From the NCBI RefSeq assembly GCF_947568905.1, contig NC_079165.1:1302001-1366000 (forward strand): DNA of 64,000 bases, given 5' to 3'. This document shows, in pieces, positions 1 to 11,915 of the stretch. A model generated the notes under the pieces. That model made no database searches, was not told the DNA's origin, and worked only from the letters and a program-made list of their open reading frames with translations. How positions within the stretch are numbered: position 1 is the first letter of the stretch; each line of letters begins with the position of its first letter. The position numbers and the translations under genes were made by a program. The DNA is from Ostrea edulis (Eukaryota).

Positions 1-1124
1 TTCCCAAATCAATACCATTAAAACCTATGACTTTTCAACACTATACACGACCATTCCTCACGATAAATTAAAGACTAGACTTTTTGACATCATAGACAGT
101 TGCTTCTTCCACAAAAACGGAAAACGGAAATATTCATATCTAGTGATCAGTCATTCAAAAACTTACTTTGTTAAACACCACCCTGATTCCACGCACAAGT
201 ACTCTGAAGTTGAAATAAAAAATATGCTAGAGTTCCTCATTGACAATATCTTCGTGGTCTTTGGTGATCAGGTCTTCCAACAGTCTGTTGGAATTCCCAT
301 TGGCACGAATTGTGCTCCGTTGTTAGCTGACCTGTTTTTATATTCATATGAAGCAGAATTTATTCAAAAACTTCTACGTGAGAAGAAAAAATCTCTCACT
401 GTGACCTTCAATTCCACTTTTAGATATATCGATGACGTTTTGTCTATTAACAATGATAGCTTTCATTCATATGTCGATTTGATATATCCCTGTGAGCTCG
501 AAATAAAGGACACCACAGAGTCGTCCACTTCTGCTTCATACTTAGATATTTTATTGAAAGTAGACATTAACGGCAAACTAACAACTCAACTGTATGACAA
601 ACGGGATGATTTCAGCTTCTCCATCGTCAACTTCCCACATTTATGTAGCAATATTCCATTATCACCTGCATATGGTGTTTATATATCTCAACTCATTCGA
701 TATGCAAGAGCTTGTTCTGGGTATATAGTCAGTTTTTAAATCGAGGTAAGCTACTGACAAACAAGTTGATGGTACAGGGATTTCAACAGTCTCGATTTAA
801 GTCAGCATTTCGCAAATTCTATGGTCGTTATAACGATCTAGTTCGTCAATACAACCTCGCATTGGGTCAAATGCTGTCTGACGTGTTTCATACCGATTGT
901 TAAGCCGTTCTTGGCACACTGATTTTGACTGCGGATAACTCCGTTTACCTGATCAGGATATGGGGCTCACGACGGGTGTTACCGGTCAACAGGGGATGCT
1001 TACTCCTCCTAGGCACCTGATCCCACCTCTGGTGTGTCCAGGGGTCCGTGTTTGCCCAACCATCTATTTTGTATTGCTTGTAGGAGTTATGAGATTGATC
1101 ACTGTTCGTTATCTTCACCTTGCA
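1..1124 (+). mobile_element. Penelope-like retroelement (Naiad-type), 3' part: RT C-terminus plus conserved 3' tail
   Basis: RT ORF runs in from the window edge, stops at 903 with no C-terminal GIY-YIG domain, and is followed by a ~220-bp tail ending ...CTGTTCGTTATCTTCACCTTGCA that recurs many times in the window. RT at the C-terminus fits the permuted-domain Naiad clade (clade call from recalled literature). Confidence 0.8.
2..903 (+). pseudogene. Reverse transcriptase of Penelope-like element, one frameshift
   Basis: Frame open 2-739 with TYDFSTLYTTIPH, GIPIGTNCAPLLADLFL and RYIDDV. An apparent extra AT at ~722-726 (GGGTATATAGTCAG) shifts the frame into ORF 712-903 (QFLNRGKLLTNKLMVQGF...FHTDC*). 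Confidence 0.9.
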
Positions 1125-1187
1125 TTGTAAATGTAGATGAAAGATAGAAAGGACACATGTATACTTAACTGTATTTTTTTAATTTAG

Positions 1188-2352
1188 GGGTGAAGGAAAT
1201 GATCACCATAAGGCCTTTAGGGAACATTTCAGTCAAATAGGAGAGTTGAGAGCAATTTGCCCAGAAGTCCCAATATCTGCCTTAACCACAGCATCAGGTC
1301 CTACACAGCGTCGCAAAATCACGAGAAGTCTTTGCTTCAGGACATCGAAAACTGTGATCATATCAGAGTCTCCCGATAGGAAAAACATTAAAAATATCCC
1401 CAATGTCCCTAACAACAGTGAGATTGAAGATGTAATGTGTTGGTTGTTGAATGAATTTGAAAAAAAAGGAAACACATCCAAGACATACATATAAAATATT
1501 TTCAGAATCAAAAAATGATGTGTCTAAAATTTATGCAATATTTAGAAAAAGGATAGGAAAAAGTGAACATTATGAAATGTTTCATAGCAAAACAGTAGAA
1601 GGCAGAAAAGAATACATTAGGTCAGAAATGACAAAAGATAGAAAAATTAGAATTTTGATATGTACCAATTCGGCAGGCTTGGGTGTAAATTTCTACAAAG
1701 TACATAATATTATTCATTATGGCCTCCCAAGAGAAATGGACACTTTTGTTCAACAGATGGGTAGGGCAGATAGGGATGGAGATTTGCTCATGAACTTATT
1801 CTTTACAAATTCCACAAGGGACAATTAAAACGAGTTGAAGAGGAACTTGTTTAATTGGCTAAATATTCAAAGTGTAGACGTGAAATTTGGTGTTCGTCTT
1901 ATGGATATAAACTTGAGAAGGTGATTCCAATGCATCATTGTGTTGTGATGTCTTTGAAAAAAGTTGCAAATGTCAACTTCACTGTCCGGACACCCATCCA
2001 GCACTATTGTTTGAATTGCAAGAAGAAAATACGAATCATATGAGCCGATATGTCAATTCAGCTGACAGGGTACTATCAAAGCAGATATTAGATGCATTAC
2101 AATTTAAACTGTCAAATTTTTCAACACTGATGAAATTAGAATTAATTCACGGTTTGTCTGATGATGATATACTATGTTGTACAGTATGTTGAACAAATTT
2201 TTACACCTGAAGATATTTTGAAAAACTGTGCAGTTTGGTCATATGATGTTGCTAACCAAATCTCAAATGTTATCAATGAAATATTCGGAGATGATGTTAT
2301 GTACAGTGTTTTAGATACTGATACTGAAGACGAAGGTAACTATAATGAATAA
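1188..2352 (+). pseudogene. RecQ-like SF2 helicase, last exon, multiple frameshifts
   Basis: Acceptor TTTAG ends 1187. Segments read GEG...FREHFSQIGELRAICPEVPISALTTAS, ILICTNSAGLGVNF (motif V), IIHYGLPREMDTFVQQMGRADRDG (motif VI) and CRR...HCCDVFEKSCKC (RecQ Zn-binding), split across five ORF pieces. Confidence 0.85.
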
Positions 2353-2379
2353 CATGTAAGTACATGTATGTACACGAAT

Positions 2380-2473
2380 CAATCCAATTAAAATTAGATC
2401 CTATGATCCGCTATCTACCCATGTGTAGCGATAGTAGATGAGCGGATCATAGGATCTAATTTTAATTAGATTG
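2380..2473. mobile_element. 94-bp foldback MITE with CAATC...GATTG termini
   Basis: Perfect 27-bp inverted arms at 2386-2412 and 2441-2467. Flanks GTACACGAAT (2370-2379) and GTGCACAAAT (2474-2483) form an 8/10 direct repeat. A diverged second copy lies at 11540-11636. Confidence 0.7.
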
Positions 2474-3899
2474 GTGCACAAATTGTTATTCAACACTGTC
2501 AGAAAACATTTTGTTAATATGTTAATGCAGTAAAATGAGAACAACTCCGCATTTTTTCATTTCATTATGGTTGCTTTGACTTACATCAATTTATATTATT
2601 TAAATGGCTTCAAAAGACAGTCTCTCCTTTGTTTACATAACCATTTGTGTAATTCTGGAATATTAATTCTGGGAAACAGATCAATAAAGTTTTTGAAATT
2701 GTCATATTTTCTACCAGGAATGTAATCAAACACACTGGCAGCAGAGAGTTCAGTCACCATAAGTACAATGGCTTTGTCCATGGACGTGCTTGAACGAGTG
2801 GTCCCTGATTTTGTCATGCCAGTCTTCTCAATTAAATTTTCCTTGATCTCATCTTGTATTTGAAGAGTCAAACCTGCGTTCCGCGCACTTGAAAATGTCA
2901 CATTTGCTCCCTGTAATTGCAACTTTGATTTAAGTCGATGGACTAGAATCTCTACCAAATTATCATTCGGAATGTTATGCCCACATCCGCCTTTCATATT
3001 TGTTGCACAGTTCCATTTGTACTCAAATGCTTCTCTTGGACTTAGCAAGCAGTGATAGTTTGCTAGAAATCTGAATGGCCATAGTTGGTATTTTGTATGA
3101 TGTGCAATCCCTGAGAGAAGCATTTGGAATTGTCCATAATTCTATTTCCATCACCCAATTTATAAGCGTCACTGGTGTCTCTAAGTAGAAGAGCACATTT
3201 CATAAATGATGCTCTGTAAAGGGCCACTCGATCATGATCTTCACCAGCTTCTTGATTTTGATGATGAAAGTCTCAATCATGTTCTTTTTAAAGATGATTT
3301 TTAAGGTGTCCCTGCTTCTTGTATGGGCGCCGACAATCAACACAGTGGTATAATCCCTAAGTGGCATCAAACATATCTTTGATTTGTTGCTATTGTGTAT
3401 CCAGTTCCTCAGCAGCATGTTCCAAGGTGTGCAAATCTATAAAACAGCTTAAAACCTTAATTAACCATGCTTACATATGAACTAAGTTTCTAGAGAAACC
3501 CACAGTTACACGGACTTGTGTTTGATAACATGAGACTGTTCAGCATTTCCTATTTAGACTATATTTCTATGCTCAAATAACTTTTACTTTTGTAGAAAAC
3601 TAAGTATTCAATTAGAATTTAAATTGACATCAAAATCTCTGTTAAACAAAATGAATGATTCCTATAAGACCTGTGCAGTTAACAATGGCTCTTCTGTTTT
3701 TCATAATCACTCTATTAACTTGTCAATGAGTTTAAGGAATTTTTTTTTTAAATTCTGATATAAATCACCTTCACACTTTCAATTTGATACCAGAAGATTA
3801 GAATATAGTAATGTAGCTGAAATAGAGTGATCTCTTTTCAGAGTAACTAAAATGAAATAGATGCAAATCTAAATCACCTTTATTTGTCACCCAGAACAT

Positions 3900-4128
3900 T
3901 TTTAGGTCACCCAAGTGGCCGAGTCACATATTGCTATTGGTCTGCATCTGTCATTGTGTGTTAATAAGCGAACATTTTCAACTTCTTGATAACTACCATT
4001 CCAATTCTTTTCAAATTTGGTATGAAGCATTTTTGGGACAAGACTGACATAAATTGTAAATATCAGGACTTGGGGATGGGACAAAAATTGACCAATTTAA
4101 AAACATATTCTCTACAACTGCACATCTT
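3900..4128. mobile_element. Helentron/HINE-like non-autonomous fragment in transposase intron
   Basis: Starts TTTTTAGGTCACC and resembles recalled oyster Helentron termini; similarity from memory only. Confidence 0.4.
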
Positions 4129-4129
4129 T

Positions 4130-4700
4130 AACAAAAGACCCATGGGCCACATTTACTCACCTGAGTCACATTGGTCCATATTTAAAGATTTTCCACATAT
4201 ATATTCACATGTAAAAACTTGGATTCCCTATTGTGGTCCAACCTACCCCCGGGGGCATGCTTTTAACAAAAACTTGACTCTGCACTATCTCAAGACGCTT
4301 TGATGTAAAATTTTCGGACCCAGTGGTTCTTTTTAAAGATTTCCCCTATATTTTTTTATGTAAAACTTCTATCCCCTATCGTGGCCCCAACCTACCCCCA
4401 GGGACCATGCTTTTAACAAACTTGAATTTGTACTATGTCGGGAAGCCTTCATGTAAGTTTCAGCTCTTCTGGCCCAATGGTTCTAAATAAGATTTTTAGA
4501 TGACCCCACCCTATCTTTGTGATTATATCCCCTTTGGAGGGGGCATGCATGACACTTCATTTCAACAAATTTGAAAGCCCTTAATCCAAGAATGCTTTTT
4601 GTTAAGTTTGGTTGAAATTGGCCAAGTGCTTCTGGAGTAGAAGTCGAGAATGTAAAAATCTTGTAGACGGACAACGGGTGATCAGAAAAGCTCACTTGAG
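4130..4700 (+). mobile_element. Helentron non-autonomous element (HINE-like) with internal ~150-bp repeats
   Basis: 5' AACAAAAGACCCATGGGCCACATTTACTCACCTGAG and 3' GGACAACGGGTGATCAGAAAAGCTCACTTGAG. Two related internal units begin TTTAAAGATTT at 4181 and 4332. A related start (GGGCCACATCACTCACCTGAG) occurs at ~5650. Confidence 0.55.
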
Positions 4701-7700
4701 TATTCATGCATATTCATGTAAAGCAGGAAGGCCTCTAACAAACTTGTAAATTTCATAATTTCTGAGGTAGAGGTAGATGGTTCGAAATTAGTCATATTGT
4801 GTTAATTTTATCTATTTTATATTATGTAAATGTAGTCTTTCATAAGTTTAGGCAAAAACCAGTACTCTTACAAAAATTTTAAATACTACAACCACTTGAA
4901 ATATTTGATCAGAAAGGGCATCTTCACAAGCCAAGTGTCTGATTGGCTTGCGAAAATGCAGAAAGGGATGAATGCCTCAACATGCATGTTTTCATACCTG
5001 TAACTTTCGATAACTCTTTCTGCTCCTTTAACATCAACTCGATGAACGATGTTTTTCGACTGGGAAAGAGCTCCACGGTCATTAATAGATGGAGCCTTGT
5101 AAAACTGCTGGTAGAGAATCTGCTTTAAACAATTGAAAATGTTGGTTATTCATAAAGTAAACATTCCATTGTCTTCATTCGAATACATGTATAATTCTTA
5201 ATTTTACAATCGATAATCTAAATATCCGAAAATATATAATTATCAATATCATTCAAATGGCATCATTTAAAAATTAATGTTGTTGGTCATTCAACAGTAC
5301 ATCAGAGAAGAGAACATGCAGCATTTTATTCAATGCATGTTATTCTAGTAAACAACCTAACTATATTAAAACTAAAATCAAATGTAATATAACATGCAAT
5401 AAAAACAATAAAATTGAACATCTACAATCTAATTAAAATCTAAATAGCTGCTTTGAATCTGCTACCAAGCAGTTGCAGATTCAAAATTCAAATCAGCTAA
5501 TTCTAATTAGACAGTAACATCTACAGCATGAAATAAAATTCCATAAATGAATTGAAACTGAAATATTAGTTTATGCACCGATAAGTAAGCATGTCCCACA
5601 GCAAACAATAAAACCATTTGTCCTCTGTAGCTATACTGTATAAATGGACAAGGGGCCACATCACTCACCTGAGTGACCTTGGTCCTGTCGTTGGCAAGCA
5701 GTTGTAATTTTAAAAGAATTTTAATCAATATTTATTCCCATAAAAATGTTAACCTCTGATTTTTGGCCCCAACCTAGTCCCAAATGATCAGGATATAATT
5801 GAAAATGAATTCACATAATACTGATGTACCTCAAAACCAACATGACCTTACTGACTGTTCTGGTTAAGATAAAGGTCACATGGCCATAATTGAATCATTC
5901 AGAACCAAGCAATATACTAAAATACCACCCCACCCAAATACTGAGAAAAATCTTCTAATCTAGTTTTTAAAAAAAAACAATGAATTTTTAAGGACTAAAA
6001 GCTCCAGAAGACACTATACAATGGTAAAACAAACTTGAAAAAAATGTCTACCTGACATATTTGAAACCTTGAACTGTAACTTCAAATTGAACGTCAAGAG
6101 GGGGTTAATCTGTTACCAGACATAGATTCATCATTCTATGCAGTCCTTCTGGCCTATGTATGACACCTGCTATCAGTTCAAGATCTATAGCTCCATTTAA
6201 AATAGCTAACTGTGCAGAATATGCTCTTTCATTTGAAAGCAGGGAAAATATTTCACCAACACCTTAATAATATGGTGAACAAAATTATATTCTAGGGACC
6301 TGCAATCTTCAATACTTGGAATGAATATGCTGTTCTCAGCTTCTGATATGGATGTAACGCAATCCTCACCTGTATTTTTTAGGGCTTTCTATTCGGACAT
6401 CATCAGTCGTTGTCTGTGGTCAGTTTACCTTGCTATCAAAAGACTTCTTTGCCGCAGCAGATGGTGACAAAGACCCAACTTGCTGAGAAGATTTATGCAC
6501 TACCAAAAAAAATTATTTATGTTCTTCACACAATAGAGCAATGCTTGATTAAAAACCAGACAACACCATGAATGCATTACATTGATATACATGTAATAGT
6601 TTTCTAAATGCAATGAAGTAAACAATTACAATTAATTTTAGTTTCAGTTAAATGCCTTAATAATCTCCATCATTGTACCTCTAAATTATACACAATCACA
6701 CACACAGGTTTTTGTACGTCACGTGTGACAATGATGTATTACATTTTGCATAATTACCTCATCCGTTGTTCCACCATTATCCAAAACTTGAGTTACTGCA
6801 TGATGAAAGGCAAACATGTGCATAACTCGATTCGTTTAGATAACAGCAGCGATCTCTGCCACTGCAACATGATTATGGGGATTAAAGGAACCAGATATTA
6901 TCTTATACAATAACGGGGAATCTCTAACTGTAGCTCCAAATTCCATGACTCGAAGTTAATCGTTGCTAACTTGTCACTTGATGTCTTTCTCAGACATGAC
7001 ATAGTCTTGGTAGATGAAAGCTTGTTCATTTCCTTTCTGAGAACTTTGATCACACAGTTATAGATGTTGTCTTGTAAAGTGGAATTGTAGATTACTTTGG
7101 ATGTTTTCTGGTGGGATTCACCCTTTGAAATACATATAATGATGTTCTATGAATCTCCAGCAGGGATAACTTTGGATTTCAGCTTTTCTTTTGGGCCTCT
7201 GTATACAACCTCTTAGCGAATCATTAATGATCCTCATTACTTTAGCAACTATGACTAGAATCAGCATATATATTTTCACAAGAAATCTGATATATGTGCG
7301 ATGAAATTCTGAGACTTTTGAATATATAACCATACCGCCCCAACCATGCATATAATGGTTTTTTAAATTGTGTGTTGGATAAAAGGTTATACCCACTACT
7401 TCCATACAATATTGAAAAGCTATCGTTCTTTAAAACCAAATCTATTGGCTTAGTATTTCTTAAAAATCATGACAAATGTCAAAAGCTGCAGTGAAATGCA
7501 ATAGACTATAAAAAATATGAAATTTAGTGTCGGGTTTCAAAATCTATTTTGTCCTGTGTACATGTTTACACAAAATATCAATGTATTTATGACAATGTAT
7601 GATAAATCATACCTTGATTTTACTGGGAGAGAAAAGCTGAATGTTCATTTTCTTCCTGTCTTTGTCGTCGGTCACAGGATTCGATGATGATGTTGGAGTA

Positions 7701-8171
7701 TCCGTCAGCTGAGTGGACTTGGATTCAGTGAACAGCTGTTTTATTTTCCTCGGTGTTCGCGAGTGAACAATTAAATGGGTTTTTTTTGGATTTAGGTGTA
7801 AATACTTGTTGTACACTTATGTCCCCCTTGCGTAAATCGCGTATCAAATCATGCCTTTCAGATTTGAACTGTTCTAATTTTGTTTTTATGTCGTATTCGA
7901 TTTTATTCAGTCTGTTTAGTTTATTCTAATACATGCCGTAGATGTACTTCCTTTTTTCGTCATTTTGGTGAGGAATCTGATCTATTATTTCTAGCAGTTG
8001 ATCATACACGCCAAAGCTTTCTCCAAAGATCATTCGTCTTTGTTTTTTGGACAAAATTCCATGGCAAAGGCGACAACACGGGCTAGACATGGAGGTCGTC
8101 ATTACTCAAACCGAAAGTGTATGTATGACGCGATCTGATTGGATGCCATGGAAAGTCAAAGCGTGATATTT

Positions 8172-9110
8172 TTAAGGGTTAGAAACTTGACTAAATCTGC
8201 TAAGGGGTAGATGAGAGTACGCGAATCGGACACTTGGCTTACGAAGATGCATATTTGTAAGCATAACATTTGCACTGTACTTGCGGTCTGGCTGACAAGA
8301 TCCTAAATTTGTGGAAGGGGATGATTGCATGTAAATCATCAACAATTTCGCATCAACTGATGCCCAGCATAAGGATGTATTGTACAATTTTTTCAGCCGA
8401 AACTGAATGTCATAGATTAACAAATTACCTCTCAATTTTCCAACCCCCTCTTTATCAGTGTCATATATCTAAACATTGGGATTGCTTGAGACTTGTATTT
8501 TGTTAAGTATACTGAAGCAAATATCGAAAAGACATCCAGCCGTTGTGAAAAATTTGAAATTCTTTGGTCTCTTCGTTTTCGTTTTACTTGGAAAATACCA
8601 TCCTCAAATACCACTTGATTTTGCTGAGTTGCCGTAGGATCATTAGAACAGATTATTAAATATTTTTTCTCTTGTGTTTTGTGGCACATGAGCAGCAAGT
8701 GGAGAAGCTACACTAATAAAAGGATTCGGCAAGTTATCTAAAGGGTCATAATTGACCCTACCTGGACTATTTGTACCCGAATACTGGAAAGTTAAGGCAG
8801 TCAATGTAGATGGGTTCGAAGCAAGCTGAATCCCGACCGCGTCACCGCCGGTGCTGTAGGCCTATTTGGTAACAACAATGGTGCCGCACTCTGCATAACC
8901 GCCGGAACAGCATCTTGGAACATTGCCAGTCTCGAACCCGGAGCTGCATTTTGTGTCTCATTGGGTTGCAATATGAAGGAGTTGGCACGAGTCACTGTAG
9001 CTGCTACTCGCCGATTTCTAGGACGGTAATTTACGGTCGGATTCACTGCTTTTGTCCTGTGATACGGACTCTTTTCTTTTGTTTTCCTTGCTGCCCGGAA
9101 CATCTCTGTT
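8172..9110 (-). pseudogene. DIRS/Ngaro tyrosine-recombinase retrotransposon gag-like ORF1 remnant
   Basis: Frameshifted pieces read SPLAAHVPQNTREKIF, ISNFSQRLDVFSIFASVYLTKY..PMFRYMTLIK, LIYDIQFRLKK..WASVDAKL and KCYAY, matching the recalled DIRS-type gag pattern. Confidence 0.6.
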
Positions 9111-9334
9111 TTAACTGACCAAAACTCGCAGGATTACAACAGATTACAATGGAAAAAATAATTGTGCGTCTGCACCTGTCAAACTACGAAAGGGAAAGGA
9201 ATAATATAGATGACATGCTCAGATTAAAGGAAGTTGAAAGCTAGTATACTGAACCCGATCAAAATTAATTACAACAGTAAGAATTATGCATGTTTGAATA
9301 TGACCTGCACAAAATAACCAGGTTTATCCACATT

Positions 9335-9795
9335 GGATAAACCCCACTATAATGACCATAGAATTTGCGAAATGCTGACTTTAAACGAGACTGTTGAAAC
9401 CCCTGTACCATCAACTTGTTTGCCAGTAGCTTGCTTCGAGTTAATAACTGACCTTATGCAGAACAAGCTCTTGTGTATATAATCAGTTGACAGATATAAA
9501 TACCATATGCAGATAATAATGAAATATTGCTACATAAATTGGGAAGTTGACGATGAGAAAGTTGAAATAATCCCAAATGAAGTTACTTAGTGTTATTTAG
9601 TCAAAAGAAAGAATGATACTTCAATGAAAGGTGAAGATAATATTCGATATGCAAGAGCTTGTTCTGTATATGGTCTGTTTGTAAATCGAGATAGGCTATT
9701 GACAAACAAGTTGATGATGCAGGGTGTCTATTTTAATGTCAGCATTTCGCAAATGTTATGGCTGTAATAATGATCTAAACAGTTTGCCAATATAC
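9335..9795. mobile_element. Decayed Naiad RT fragments in inverted arrangement
   Basis: 9335-9585 is the reverse complement of RT 3' sequence homologous to ~600-870; 9645-9795 is the same region on the + strand. Confidence 0.65.
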
Positions 9796-10066
9796 ATTAA
9801 ATGTACAAGGGTATTGACACTGCAATTTTAATACACGTTTATTGTTTTGGGTTGCTAATAATGTTTTCTAGGGAGCGTGATTACGACATGTTCTGTTCAT
9901 CAAATGGGCTGATCCAATGTTGTATCCAAAGAATTTTAAATCCTTAGTAGGACAATCACGGACGATATGGATGATATCTACATCTATATTTTTATCTCAT
10001 AAATCGTACAAATTATACAAAATTAAAACGATATAGTGATTTGGGGTGGAGTTTAGGTGGGACTCA

Positions 10067-10070
<4 letters not shown>

Positions 10071-10137
<67 letters not shown>
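10071..10137. repeat. (CT)n microsatellite
   Basis: Uninterrupted CT run of 67 bp. Confidence 0.98.
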
Positions 10138-10142
<5 letters not shown>

Positions 10143-10502
10143 AACCTGTAAACTATCTGGGCGAGCAGACGTGTTTCATAGAGCATAATACTTCGGATAT
10201 TTGTATTTGTCTAGCCTTGGTCAGTTGCCTGATATATTTCTTAAAGGTCAAGTACGATGATTTTCCTAAAACTGGAGTTTTATACAGAAAAAATGCCTGT
10301 TGTACACTTATGGATTAATTCCATGGCAATTTTGATAAAAATCACTTGGCGTGAATTACACGGCGCTATCAAACTTTACCTGAGCGATCGATAAATGTGA
10401 TGTGACGTGAGTTATCGCTCGTAGCTTATGACGTCATCTGAGACAACTTTCGATTGCATTGATAGGGTTTTTATAGTGTTTACATAGAAAAGTCCTGCAT
10501 TT

Positions 10503-10760
10503 ATGGTACTATGCGCTGCATTGAACTGCAATGTGAAATCGGAACAGGGATTAAGTATGTTCTTTTCCCAAAAGACCCTAAATTTCGAAGAATTTGGACA
10601 CTGAAACTAAAAAGAGACACTGAGATTTGTGACAAGCCACGAGGATCAGTGAGCGACACTTTTTAATTAACGAGGATCAGATTCCCATCAACTCTGACGC
10701 ATCATCCTGTTTGACTCCAAACAAAGTGCAAAGTGATATTACCTGGGCATCCTACAAAAC
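10503..10760 (+). pseudogene. THAP zinc-finger remnant (Kolobok transposase N-terminus)
   Basis: MVLCAALNCNVKSEQGLSMF, frameshift, FPKDPKFRRIWTLKLKRD, then RISERHF: the C-x4-C...FP...W...HF pattern of THAP. Confidence 0.7.
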
Positions 10761-11539
10761 AAGTGGAGGGATGTATTTCAATTATAAAAAGTTCAACCCA
10801 AAAAGGGGATGCAATCCATCCATCTCTACATTCACTACTGAATGCTTTAATGTGACATTGTATTCATTGGGTTTGTGATTGCACATAAAAATTAATGTCA
10901 CCCATTACCTAGTTCGAATTGATTTTATTTCATTTATTAAATGAAATATCTTTCGAATATTGTCGTACTCATACTATATTTACAAGGGACTCATCATTTC
11001 ATTTCTTCACTATATATATTTTGAAAAAATAAAATATAGTAAAAATGAAAATGAATTCAATTTAAAAAAAACCCATTTTGATAAAACCTTATTTATTGCG
11101 AGGTCAGTCAAATTTCCAAAGCTTTTTTTCCAAGTTCATTATGCAAACAAGTACAAGTTTTTCCTTTTCCTAATATGCTTTTAAGTAATAGATATATCGT
11201 GAATCATTAAAGCAAAATTTCACACCTCAAAATGCTACTATTCGTTAACTTTGTGCCGTAATATTTCAATTTCGCATTTGACGTGTGTTGTGAAGAAATT
11301 ATATGTACTAATAGGCCTAATTTACAATTTATTATATCTACATGTAGATGTTAAAAATAAAAGGGGGCGGGGATGTTACAAATAACGTTGTGCACAATAT
11401 GTTTTTTCTCTTGTCTTTCGTTGTTCTTTTTTCAAAAAGGCATTTTTCAATTAAGTATATATCTAGCTAAACACAATTGAATCTGAATCTGATCAATCTC
11501 ATACTAGTAAATCCCATCAAAAAATACAAACGTGAGAGT

Positions 11540-11636
11540 CAATCTAGTTAAAATCAGATCCAAAATACGCTCACAATCGCTACAATTGAGTATACGGCGA
11601 GTATCTATGAAGTCTGATTTTGATTAGCCTAGATTG
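11540..11636. mobile_element. Older copy of the CAATC...GATTG foldback MITE
   Basis: CAATCTAGTTAAAATCAGATCC...ATCGCTACA...TCTGATTTTGATT..CTAGATTG aligns to the reverse complement of 2380-2473; no clear TSD remains. Confidence 0.55.
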
Positions 11637-11789
11637 TGTAAAATACAAAGGTTATCTTTTGATAGAACATTTTTTTTCCAATATCATTCCCATTTTCTAT
11701 GGACTGGCCCGGTAAATAATTTTTAATTGAGATTCCGATGAGATATTTGTCGAACATATACATGTATATATCATATAAATATTACTACA

Positions 11790-11915
11790 TGTATCTGATG
11801 GTTTCGAAACGCCGGGTGCAGGTACAAACATAAAAGGTTGAATCCCAAGACTCAAGTGTATCTACGGTATTTCACCATCACTATCCACAGTGCCGCTAAA
11901 ACTGTCAATTTCTCA
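11790..11915 (-). pseudogene. KolX (P2X7 C-tail-like) N-terminal remnant
   Basis: Reads IDSFSGTVDSDGEIP*IHLSLGIQPFMFVP; an acidic start plus GIQP(Y/F)MF(E)P is typical of this family as recalled. Confidence 0.45.

Larger units (their letters stand above)
2596..8090 (-). pseudogene. Academ-type transposase (DUF6589-like), multi-exon, with stops and frameshifts
   Basis: Start MSSPCCRLCHG at 8090. Relic exons: VIKVLRKEMNKLSSTK..SCLRKTS (~7000), CINLLSKLGLC and IFIPSIEDCRSLEYNFVHHIIKVLVKYFP (~6250-6500), DRGALSQSKNIVHRVDV (~5000-5120), C2H2 finger YHCVDCRRPYKKQGHLKNHL, DAYKLGDGNRI, then ORF 3123-2596 (KYQLW...NIPNDNLVE). Confidence 0.7.
1125..8141. mobile_element. AcademH-like DNA transposon relic (convergent helicase + transposase); boundaries uncertain, left part extends beyond the window
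   Basis: RecQ-type SF2 helicase (+) tail-to-tail with a DUF6589-like transposase (-) is the AcademH gene arrangement. Terminal inverted repeats were not identified. Confidence 0.65.

Noticed and set aside
2-903. Selenoprotein-type Naiad (in-frame UGA plus SECIS)
   Set aside because: No in-frame TGA in the visible RT; the breaks are a frameshift and TAA stops.
904-1124. Possible HDV-like or hammerhead ribozyme in the structured Naiad tail (GATCAGG/CCTGATC pairing, CGGA-TAAC-TCCG hairpin)
   Set aside because: By hand I could not assemble P2, P1.1 and J4/2 on either strand, and found no CUGANGA...GAAA core. It remains only a conserved structured tail.
10046-10318. ORF with an (SL)n repeat
   Set aside because: It is the translation of the (CT)n microsatellite.
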